Below are positions 50,401 through 62,238 of a DNA stretch of 64,000 nucleotides, piece after piece. Made by a program: the position numbers and the translations under genes. The stretch is from positions 6,907,849 to 6,971,848 of the forward strand of contig CM082597.2 in the NCBI GenBank assembly GCA_040954595.2, given 5' to 3'. The notes below the pieces were generated by a model. It ran no database searches. It was not told where the DNA came from and was given only the letters and a program-made list of their open reading frames with translations. Every line of letters starts with the position of its first letter. Position 1 is the first letter of the stretch. Source of the DNA: Balanoglossus misakiensis. Taxonomy: Eukaryota; Animalia; Hemichordata.

Positions 50401-53187
50401 TTAATGTAATCTTTGTCAAAATCTTATATTGTGATGAATATTTCCAGATTATTCTTGGTAAAAGTGATTGTTCTGAGCCAGACTGGTTAAAAGGAAATGA
50501 TGTAAGATGTGTAAATGCAGTCAATTATTTATGAATATATTTACAGTTGTTTAATTGCTAATTGTCATCACAGAATTCTCTGTATAAAATTTCTATCTAT
50601 AAATGCTGTTGTTACAATGATTATCATACAAACTGTACCACAGTATTCACAAGATCAATTAGACATCGGCTAACTTTGTTTAGTCATACTTTATCAAAAA
50701 CATCTGTCTGTCTGGCTTAAACATCATAGTCTTTTCCAGACCAGTTACCAAATAAACGAGAATTCTCGCTACCTTAAACAGGCTTTGGCTGCCTAGGTGA
50801 GTGATGAAAATCTCATATGATCGACACAATTTCAAGATGGCCGATTTTTTGCCATGTTTAAGAAATTGAAGTTCATAAGCTAAAGTTCTCCTGGTTCATT
50901 CTTAAACTTTGTAAAGGAAAAAAAATGTGAAAGGAGTTGAATGAGTTTAATATGCAAACTACAAAGACAGACATTTTGACTGAAGAAAGTTTTGAAGATT
51001 GCCTGGTGTAGTGTGTATAATGTATAACCTACATCCACCAAAGCCATTATTTCCAGTTTGTACACATGAAGGATAACACTTAATTAATGTTCACTGCATT
51101 GCTTTGGCACAATTTGACCGAAAATCACCGTAACAACAGCCTTCTCTTTTCTCTGTAAATGTTTATTCTGCTACGTATAAAATTATATTATATTTTCTTA
51201 CACAAATGGGACTTCAATGGCAATTGCACAATGCACTCCTGTGTTCTAGTATGGGGTCAGGTACGGGCCGATCTTGGCCTAAAACCTGGCCAGTATATTA
51301 TAATGAACCAAAGACCATGTGATCATAAACAAGATGGATGCCTCCTATGTCGGTACGCAAACGAGAGCCATGTTTACAAAAGCCCGTGCCTGACCCTTTC
51401 CTTTTAGCATAGCGCAGCCAGCGTTTGGAATGGGGCAGGGGATCAGACTATCCTGTGTTCTTGACATATTTCCGATAATTCCAAGGGTGCATATTGATGA
51501 CAACATTTCTATTTGCCAAACTTGTTGGATTTATCTCACAATTACATCCTTCTAAAGAAACCATGCGTTTTCCAGATTAATACTTGTAAAGAAATATTCA
51601 CATCCGATATATGTTGCTATAACCACTGTTGCTAAGTACGGTATGTTCCAAATTTCAGAACTTATTTTAGGAGTTTTTAGTTCAAAAATGAAAGTTAAAA
51701 GGACATGATTGTAGAGTATTTTTGTCAGCCTTTTATGATCATGAACATTTTATGAGAACATAATCGGCTAAATCAATATTCCATGACTTTCCACAAGTCA
51801 ATTTTGTCGACCATGAAACTGTATTTGAAATACAGAACAAATCAGTAAAAATCCTCAGAAATTATATTTAATACTTTTATGATTAGCTGCAAACCTTCTC
51901 ACATTATTACATGATCTGGTTCTCCTATTGGTTGAAAATGACCCTGCACTGAAATGGAGCCATTTTGAATAGAATGTTTCAAAACATGAACCAAGAAACT
52001 ATGTCCTGAAAATTCTTATTATGTGTATTCTTCGATATCAAGACGTCAGACGCGCTCAGGCACAGTCACGTTGTAATTCATATTTCCAGATGACGGGCAA
52101 CTTCAGCAATGTGGACTTTTGTGGTCCAGACAAAAACTGTACAGACGAAATGCAATGAGGCTGATGAGGCACCATATCTGATACATGTTACGTGTTTGGC
52201 GGTTCTAAAGTAAAAACATTCTCGGAAAAACTTTTACTGGATGCCGAAATATTTCTTGCCCGTCACCTGGAAATGACAATGCCGTGGGTCACATTGCCAG
52301 ATCACGTGATTGATAATAAAGAATACATTGTATCTTCAACAATATGTGTATAATTCTCAAAACTATTTATTAGAAGATGCAAGATATAAAATGAGCTAGA
52401 GGGAGTTGTTATTCTTGTTTACTGGCAAATTTTAAAATTTGTTGACAAGCACACAGCAGTTCATTCTATTTCTGGATATTTTCTCGAATAAAGATTCTAT
52501 TATTTATGAAAATAAAAAAATATCAAAGCTATAATACAGTCTGATGTAATATTTGATTGACATTTAAAAAAATATGTCTCTTCTAAATCTGTGTCGCTGT
52601 AGCAGACAATGAAAAGGCTGCCCTCTATCAGACGATGTGAGTCACAACAACGTGCTACTGTGGTTCCGTTAACGCAAAATCCTGCGTATTTTACGCTTTT
52701 CTGACCATACTTACGCAAAGATAATGATGGACGCGTACACCAGGGACGCGTTGACATTAGCCACTAGAGATAAGGAAATTGTATTGAGCAAAGCTTACAA
52801 GCCAAAAATAACTGGACGCACACGTAACTTTGCAACATTAACGCACAGAAATGTTGCAATTTTCACTCAGGCAACATTACAGATTAAACTTTGCAACATT
52901 GTACGGTGGTGTTCTGTTACAGGCTTTCAACTTCCTAAGCAATTTTGATACATTTTACGCAAAGTAAATTCTGAATGCGTATTGAAGTACGCATAGAAAA
53001 AAAATCTAACGGAACCTCTGGTGCTATCCTCACAGAGCCTGGACATCTCCTTCCATTGACTGACACGCAACACAATCTGAATAAAAAGAGTTCTATTTCT
53101 GTTACTTTTTCTCAAAGCTCCATTAGCTGTACAGTTTCACTATATCTTCAGTATTTTTGATTTGTGTATCTTCGGCTGTTTCTGGTT
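50401..53187 (+). repeat. Diverged segmental duplication, copy 2 (3' flank/UTR of the UBASH3-like gene)
   Basis: Matches 42426..44620, with extra segments at ~50778..51055 and 52658..53020. Confidence 0.92.
52658..53020. mobile_element. MITE with 14-bp TIRs and 6-bp TSD GTGCTA (hAT-like ends)
   Basis: GTGCTA|CTGTGGTTCCGTTA ... TAACGGAACCTCTG|GTGCTA; the paralog at ~44459 is the empty site. Confidence 0.82.
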
Positions 53188-53356
53188 CAATTTCCTGAAA
53201 CAGGATGAAATGCCCAGTATCCAGCTTATCAACAGTACATATGTGTGTATAGTCAGCATTGTTATTGTGCAAAATTTGAATTTAAGTCCAGACTAGAATT
53301 TATTTATCAGCAATAACAATGGCCATTACACACATGATATGTTGACAAGTGGAGTC

Positions 53357-53518
53357 CAGTCAAACCCCTGTTAGTGGCCACCGCTATATAGTGGTCACCT
53401 CTATATAGTGGCCACTTTGTTTCAGTCCCTGTGCAATTCACATGTGCATTATTTAACCTGTCTATAAAGGCCAGTTTAGGAAAGTCCCTTGACTGGCCAC
53501 TATAGACAGGTTGGACTG
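53357..53518. mobile_element. Tc1/mariner-type MITE in the UBASH3-like 3' UTR
   Basis: CAGTCAAACC..CTG ... CAGGTTGGACTG|TA with internal gtggccac repeats; absent from the homologous segment at ~57155. Confidence 0.7.
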
Positions 53519-53622
53519 TACTGGGTATTTTAGCATGCTGTTTAGAGTACAGAAACAAATTGCATGTGATACACAGAATAAAAATACTGGAAATAAAGCT
53601 GAAAGATTCAGCTGATGTCCCT

Positions 53623-56600
53623 TTAATTCCTCAGGATTCTCCAGTCAAATCTAGGGTTGGGTCCGTGTGTGAGTGTTGGGAAGGGTGTCTGGATGAGATC
53701 CCAAATGCCAGCATCGGGAATTTCCTCCAGAGTGACCACACCACAATACGGTATCTGAAAACCAAACAAAAAATCACTTCATTAATAAACGCATCCTTAA
53801 TTGCACCAAGAAAATCGAAACTGCTAAAAATAAAATATTCATTAAGTTTAGATTCTCTAATGATGAAACAATACGACGACAACCTTCCCAAAATACAGCC
53901 ATTTTACACAGATCTCTAGACTTGCTCCAAGTCTATGGGCTTCATTATTTTATAATAAATACATTTAAAAAACTTGTTCCGAATTTCTCTATGTACCGTG
54001 TGTGGAGTAAACGTCAGCGAGTGTGAGCGTGTATGTATGTGTAGGGAATGTGTAGGCCCATAGTCTCTTGGTCGACGCTACCCAACACCATGAGCTCAGT
54101 CCCAAATTCGAAACTCGCCTCACTACCAAAAACACGCTCAAGGCAAGCATGCACGCAAAAAGTATTGAAATTATTTATGAAGACAAAAAAACATTGAAAA
54201 CACAAAAATTATTGAGATTTAAAAATCACCAAGTGACTAGTGGTCCAGTCTAACAGATCTCCAAAAACTGACAAAATAGAGAGGTGGTCGACAGATGGCG
54301 TTTTCCCTAAACCCATTTTTATTTCACAGATGTTTTTGAATCATATTATCAGAAGTATTAATTTCAACATTACCAGGAGACCTTTGATTTCAAGGTGCCT
54401 TCTACCTTCGACTCTGCACCTTTTCTGGTTTCATACAAAGCTTGACTTGAAACTTGTATTAGTTTTTTTTTCTTTGGTAATTGACCAAGTCTCACGTGCT
54501 AAGCAAAAAATCATCTATTGACAATGATTACATGCGGCAGACGAGATTCTGTTGAAGTATAGTTTGAGATTTACCTTTTGTACGATTTTTGTGAATTCTG
54601 TTGGATTTCTGTGAGAGAGTCCGGTCAATTGTCGACTGCATCCATCCAAGGTCCCTGCATGTCCAACCAACAAGACGTTGCCACCTGAAATAATATCAAG
54701 TCATTAATATCATACCACATTATTTCATACTAGAGCTAGCGAGAGTGAATTGCAAAATCTTGTCGGGCAAATATGGTGTCAAATTTGAATTGACTTTGGG
54801 TCCAAGTGATTATTAAACTGTCAGTTTTCAGTTGCAAGGAATACAGTTGTTGTTACAACTCTGCTAACATTATCTGGGAGCGGTATTATGGGTATATTTT
54901 CAAACAGGTAGGGACGATTCACTGCTAATGGGGCCCAGAGTGTGCCTTGAGTGTGCACTGCAAATCTGTAGTGGGCCAGGTAATAGGATTGTGTTGTAGT
55001 CTGGTTTGGCCTACAGCGCGAGCCGCACGAAAGCTGCATCGCGCACGATCCAGCCACCCAACCAGCCCATCAAGGCTACAGATACATCACATCACACATA
55101 TATACTATCATTACATCACATCACATACATGTAATATCATAATCTGTCATGTCATTTTCTAAACCATATATCACAACACGCATATCAGCACCCTCTCTGA
55201 CTCATGTAATGTTGAAGACATCTTATGATTTTGATTTGTAAGTGAATGTCACGTCTCCTTTAAAACAGGAATATGAAATAAAGAAGTCATGAGCACTATT
55301 ATCAGCAGCACATTTTTCATAAGGTTCATTCAATGATTTTCCAAGTAGTCAAAAAATAAGTTGCACCTGGGTCACATTTTTCTTATTACTGGATATGTAT
55401 ACACCCTTTTCATTAGTCTAGCGCCCTCCTGCAACCATTGAGAATTTGAACTCAAAGACAGGCCAAATGAGGAAAGTAGATTAGTCAAGGAGATTTCCCA
55501 AATGGCCTAGCTTTGAGTTCTAATTCATGATGGCTGCATGAGGGCGCTAGACTTATGAAAATGATATATTGTTGTTCTAAATGGTGATCAGGAAATACAA
55601 AAATGTACAAGTACCTGTCTTTTCAAAGAGCTTCAGTACATTTTGAGTAAATATATGGCTGCGTTTATAATACTGTTCACATTTTTCTTTTGGGTCCAGT
55701 TGCTGCACAGTCACAAAAGGCTTGTAATCTGTGTCGACTCGAAGTCCAAAGGCTGCCATCTCAGCAGGTGTCATCCAGTTAGGGATACCTAATGGACTCC
55801 ATGCCAACCATTCAAAAAGTCCAGCATCGACTCGAATTTTCACAGACTCGTCAGCGCCTAGACCTAAATATACAACAAATGAAATGGGAATGAATTCAGA
55901 TATATTCAAATGTTATGTGCACTGTTTGAGAAAACAGGTCAGATTGAGTACAGACAGACAAATAGATAGATTAAAGTGACACGGTTTCATGATACATAAA
56001 AATAATTACAAATATTTCAAATAACATGAAACCCCAGCCAAGTATTTCAGCTTATGAGACACTTTGCTTAACTAAGTATCATGATGTGGGTATTAACTAT
56101 GAAGCTTGTAGAACAACAAAAATTATCCATTGAAATTATATTCCTTCTTCTTATGAACATAAAGTAATTTTGAAAAGAAAAACAAGTTCTCTAATTTCTC
56201 ATGAAGCAGCAGATCCTTTGGTGTGTCTGGAAATTAAGTTCTAAGTCTAATGTCATCATAAATACCAAAGTGAAATGAAACTCGTCTTCCACAGTACAAT
56301 GAAAAAGTGAAATGGAACACAAGCCTCGTTGCAGATTTTGTAGATAAGTGACTTCCACTATGGATGTTTCTAGACTACTCGTGATGTGGAGTATTCTGCC
56401 ATATTTTCAAAATACAGCGGCAGAATATACTGCATCACTAATGAAAATAACATCTGTACGGCACAGATCGCCTGCACAGGTCATAAAGTTCTGTCATATT
56501 CTTTGTGATTTACAGAGTAGAACAAGAAACCACAGTTGATACACAAAACATAAATACTGAGAAAAATCATCCAAAGTTGGAGTTACTGGAGCTTGTGAGT

Positions 56601-59600
56601 ATACCTTGAAGAATAGCATCAGCTGTTTGTACAGATCGCAATGCAGTTGATGAAAAGACATGTTTCACTGTAATCCCCTCCTCTCTCATTGCTTCTCCTG
56701 TTGAATCAAAACAAAGAGCGTTGTTGATACTGTGACGCTATGGCTCACATATGTTGACATTTAAAAAAAATATACTCTTACATAAAAGTTTCTAGTTACA
56801 TCCAGTATAGTAGAAACTTTATGTTTAGTAAAAAAACTCAGACATTACCTCAAGCATTGGCTAACGACACTACAAGCAGTACCCAGGTAAATGTTACCGT
56901 GGTTCCCCAGTCATTTTACTGGGGTTCCCCTTAGTATATCAATACAGTCATGTTAAAGGTAGCAGAATTGTTACCGGGATTCCCAAATCATTTACCAATG
57001 TTCCCCAAACTTAACAAAAACACTGACAAGGATTGTATGCCGCAGAAAGTTTAAACGGACATTCGTTTTATCTTTTGGCTTTATTTCCCAGTATTTTTGT
57101 TCGTTGTATAAAATGCAATTTCTTGTTCTACTCCAAACAGCATGGTAATATACCTAGCACTCAGCTTGTCAACATAGCCTGTATGTGTGTTATGGCCATT
57201 GTTAATGAATTCTAGTCCGGACTTGAATTCAACGACACAACGACAGTGCTGACGACACACATACCTTGTGTGTTGATAAGCTTAAAGCTGGGCATTTTAT
57301 CATGTTTCAGGGATTTGAACAAGAAAACATAAAAACAATGATACTTAAAACATAGCAAGAAGTTACAGCTGATGTATATGTAGTGAATGATCATTCGACC
57401 ACACACAACTTTCATCCCGTTTGTATGATATGAGAGTAAAAACTTGCCCAAAGTGAATAAAAGGTAGAAAATGATTATTCATTTTGGCGAGTTTTTCACT
57501 CTCGTGTCTACAAGGTGGACGTTGATTCTCTATATATCCACATGTAAAATAACATAAACGGTGTCTTGTATCAAACATAATTAATGGGAAAAGGGCAGCG
57601 AGAGGGAGACTTTGTCCCTTTAATGATATCAATGGCATGGACCGCAAAATATTTCATGCTCAGAGCTCTCATTACACATTGGTGAATAATCTCACAGAAT
57701 TTACCTGTCAGTCGTGCCTGGAAAAGTCCCATTTCAGTAATTGGTGAATCTTTATTGAAACTTTTTGCTCCTCCTTGTCTTTGAGGAACTGTCTTTGGCA
57801 TGTTTAGATTCTTGCGTGTATACTTGCCTAGAGATGAAAGAAAGGTAAGTTAAAACCCTTTCACTGCCATGGTTTGGTCCAAAGCCTTTGTCACATAAGC
57901 TCAACAAAGAAAACTGCACTAAGTAAGAATTTTCAAAGTGTATATAAAAGTGGTTCTATGGCTATCATGTGACTGTATTATGCTGAAATATAAAAGTTAT
58001 GCATGTTTTTATGAAACAATATTGTCCCATGGTAAAATTTCCCAAGAAAACTTTGTGTGTGCTTTTCTCAAAAACCTGAAAACCTATGCACTTGTAGACA
58101 CAAAACAAAGAATTTACTTACTTTGGCCTTTAGTAATCAAATTTATATACACTTAGAAAATTCATACTTAGGGAATAATGTACTGTTCTTTGTGATTTCA
58201 CAAAACCAAAACTGCAGAAGATTCTGGAAAACCTTCCTGCTTGAAAATGATCATCTGATGAACTTTAACCCTAATGCTACTGGGTGTCATACTGGTTTGC
58301 ACTGTATTGGTTTGAGGGTCTTGTATAGGCCCTACTGAGTATTTCACACTTGGCAGTCTAACAGGTCTGGGAGTCAGGATTCTAGACACCCTGGAAATCA
58401 AACCAGTTTCAACTGACTTGGCAGCGTTAGGGTTAATACTAACCTGATACATCAAAGCAATATTTCAGCCACTGTTGACCAAATGTGATGTCCACTCTTT
58501 CTGCATGGCGAACTATAAAAAGTTTGCGGAGCTCCTTCTTTACTGGCCCTGAAGAATTCACCACATTTGCTTTTCTCTGTTTGTTGACCTGTTTTGAAAG
58601 AAGAGACACAAAAATGTTGAGTTTCCATATTTTATACATTTCAGTACGCAACATGCACTATCAGAGAGTGCCATAAGGTACAGTAAATTCCTTTGAAAAA
58701 ATGTAACATTAAAGGGACAAAGTCTCTCTCTCGCTGCCCTTTCCCAATTAATTATGCTATACAAGACACTGTTTATGTTATTCTACATGTGGATATATAG
58801 TGAATCAACATTCGACCACACACAACTTCAACCCTGTTTGTAAGATATGAGTAAAAACCTCGCCAAAAGTAACTACAAATACAAAAGGAGAATGTTGGCT
58901 GAGTCACTGTAGTTGTGTGAATTGATTGACCCTACCACCCCTATTCCGTCGTACATGGGTCCATCATATCAGTGAAAAATTATTGGTAATTTTTCGAGAA
59001 TAGATGAGTAGTTGGAACTGCAAAATACAGCTGTGATGTTCTGAGTAATTTCAAAATTCTCAGGACAGCAAACAAAGAATTTTATGAAGTCACCTTACCT
59101 TTGCATAAAGTGGTTCTGTTAAGAGACCCTCCGGCGACATATATTTACTTCCCCGAGATTCATCAGATCCAAACAGTAACTCAGCTGCAACTGCAGGGAC
59201 TGGGTTTGTACATCGACCGCTATCGCTCTTGGTTCGTGTCAGTGGCAATACTCTGTAACCAACAAGAAAACAATTGAGGAAATCAGAACAGAGATCAAGA
59301 CTAATAGAATCTCACACTCCCAAGAAAATGACATTCTGGTTTTGCCTCGGATTTCTTTCACAGATGCATTTCTTCAGCAAGCACTGGTTTGTGGAAGATG
59401 GTGAGGGATGGTCGCCTGTATCGAACAGCTACGACAATGGAGGCAGCGGGGTTGTTACAGGTTCCAAGCAAAAGATATCAGTGCTGGGATTAGTCCTGAC
59501 ATTCATACACTCCCAAGGACCTGGGATCATATTTCTTACCGAGTTGGGGATTTTCCTAGAATATCCCCGACGAGTGTGAGAAATATTATCCCAGGTCCTT

Positions 59601-62238
59601 GGGAGTGTGAGATTATTTTTCTCACATGGTCACAAATTAGCCAAATTCGTTAAAAAACATTGAATAAATGACTCTGGAACTGTCGTCTGGCACGCTGTAG
59701 TCTCTGTCCCTATAATACACATCGCGCCATTGGATAAGATTTACCGTGCATTGGCAAAAGAACGCTTTGCCAACCAATCAGCACTTGCGTCATATACAGC
59801 TTTCGATTCAGTGAGACTGTGAGAACAATTTGTTCTCACACTCCCAGCGTGCCAGGAGTGTGAGAAACACTCTTTTGACATTATTCACATTTCTTCTGCT
59901 CTGTTCGATCATTTATGACATGGCATATACAATGGATAATTAAAGCCCATGGAAAGTACACATATTTTTTTGTCACAGAGGAAGTGGAATGGTGGTATTT
60001 CAAATTTATTGACTACAAAAATATTCATTCCATTTTTACGCATTCTGAGCCAGAAGTGCACATCGGAAATGTTGCTGATTTGAACTTTTGGCACAGAATT
60101 GGTCAGTATATATCACAACAATAAAGGAATTAACAGCTTCTTTTTACTTCATTTTGTAGGTTAGAACAAGTGTATATTGGGGATGGGAGAACTTGTATGA
60201 AAATGTTCATAGTGAACACCTATTGTCTGGCCATGAGGGCCATAGCAGCCGTTTATTGCCCCCGAGGGGCTGTGAGTTACCAGAATCACATGCACATGTC
60301 ACATGAAATAGCATATGATAATAGCATATCTGAGATTATTTAAAGCTAAAAATGTTGTATCAAGTTGCAGTTCATGGGGCTTTAACCCTTTCACCCCCAG
60401 TTCCCTCTATAGAGGTCCAACTCTACCATAGAAAACAATGGATTTGGACTGAACCATGGTGGTGAAAGGGTTAACACTTGTAAATTCCGTAGTAGAATGC
60501 AAACCTGTGAAGTGTCCATGTATCAGACTCTGCCGTCTTTTCCGTGTAATTTCCGGGAAAAAATCCAGAACATCCAGTGAGCCATGATGTCCCTTTAAAC
60601 CACCCATCAGTACTGTTCTGATACTCAGCACTTGACATAAAAATATAATCATCACTGATCAGTTCAAGCTCATCAGGAGATCTTGGGTTATGTGAATACA
60701 GCACTCGTAGAACCTGTTCAAAGATAAAAGAGATGATATCAGCTTGGAAGGGATGGCACATTGCAAACTCACTTTCCTCCAAAACTGTGAATCAGGCCAA
60801 GTTGGGATTGTTTGCATTTCTTAAATTAGAGGGACAAAGTCTCTCTCTCGCTGCCCTTTTTCCATTAATTATGTCTGATACAAGACACAATTTATGTTAA
60901 TGTACATATAGTGCATAAAAGTTCAACCACACACACCTTCCTTCCCACTTATAGACACGACAGTGAAAAAAACTCACCAAAATGAATAATCGGCCTTTAC
61001 AGTTTATTCATTTTGGCGAGATTTTTTCTCTCATATCCTCCAAACAAGATGGAAGTTGTCTGTGGTCGAACGTTGATTTACTGTATATCCACCTGTAGAA
61101 CAACATAAATGGTGTCTTATATCAAACATAATTAATGGAAAAAGGGCAGCGAGAGAGAGACTTTGTCCCTTTACCTGCTGGTTCAAGTTATGCACGCAAA
61201 ATAACATTGACTCAACACAGCAGACAGCATTGCCTTATTCAGTGCACTGAATTATACATACATGTAGGCAAACAGTATGATGGGCAATTACTGGACAATT
61301 TATTAAGTACCCGTACATGATGGATTGCCAAAATGACATCAGAGGTCAGCAATAGTCACCTGATATTTACATAAATGACCAGAGAATGGCTGATACAAGC
61401 TTACCTCAGCTTTTGCTATGCGTGGATCCCTGGAATACAACCTGAATTCCCATCGTGCAGGACTTTTCAAATCTGTTTCTTTAGACAGCTTACGCAAGAC
61501 ATCAATGTGGCTGGCATGAAACTGATAAGCTAATGTAAGATGGAGCTGCTTCTTGTGAGGGTCTATCTTTGTACCTAGAATCGTCCAATAATGAAGGCAG
61601 AGTCTTAGTCTATTATAATATGGATTGATTTCAGATCAATGTTACTTCTATCAGAGTTGAGTATGTATTCTAAAAGGCTAATGATTGTCTTATGCGCATG
61701 TGTCCAACCAGAGACTCTGCCACTGTAACAGAAATTGTATGCAGTCAAACCAGAGACTCTGCTTACAAAAATTGTATACAGTCAAAGCCATAAGACAGTG
61801 CTGCTGTCCTAACAACAGAGAAGATGGCGGCGACCATAGTCTGTGTCGGAGATCGGGAAAAGACAGCCAATTGAGTGAAAAGAAGGGACAAAACTAAAGT
61901 CTACTTTTACGGTGCGCATGAAAGATGGAAGGAAGCGAACCTCTATAAAACTAGACACCTCTGCAAACCGAACAATTTCTTCAGTCCCTTTGATGTTTGG
62001 TTTACACAGGTTCAACTGTACATGTATATGTAAACATACCTGATATTCTTTCAGCTTCCACTGCAAACTCTTGACAAACTTGTCTCATAAAGTCCGCACT
62101 TCTGTCATCCAAAAAGAGTCCAATGTAATTTGCAGAATCAAAATATTCAAGATTAACCACTTCTGGACTATTCAACTGAAGTTTGTCAACTGTTTTTTGC
62201 AGAGCATGTTCCAAATGAGCTACACTGCTGTCTTCACA
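53623..62238 (-). CDS. UBASH3: UBASH3/Sts-family protein (2H phosphoesterase, SH3, histidine phosphatase), 5'-partial; exons 62040..62238, 61405..61574, 60505..60713, 59099..59252, 58444..58588, 57705..57827, 56605..56697, 55615..55863, 54575..54684, 53623..53754
   Basis: All ten exons have GT-AG ends and chain in frame to a TAA. Motifs: [11 protein letters not shown] (2H), [27 protein letters not shown] (SH3), [51 protein letters not shown] (PGM/HP domain). The UBA exon(s) were not found in the window. Confidence 0.93.
55415..55553. mobile_element. Small palindromic MITE in a UBASH3 intron
   Basis: agtctagcgccctc..tgaactcaaag / ctttgagttc..gagggcgctagact inverted arms. Confidence 0.7.
59305..59870. 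mobile_element. Multi-hairpin non-autonomous element
   Basis: acactcccaaggacctgggat..atcccaggtccttgggagtgt hairpin (~59506..59610), a second ttctcacactcc..ggagtgtgagaa hairpin (~59833..59866), and tctcacactccc at ~59310. Confidence 0.6.
60830..61170. mobile_element. Kolobok-type palindromic MITE family; full copies at 60830..61170 and 62964..63261, partial copies at ~4115, ~18805, ~22140-22375, ~42170-42425, ~57385-57619, ~58712, ~63944
   Basis: TTAA|AGGGACAAAGTCTCTCTCTCGCTGCCCTTTT ... AAAAGGGCAGCGAGAGAGAGACTTTGTCCCT|TTAA consensus, seen at least nine times. Confidence 0.85.
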
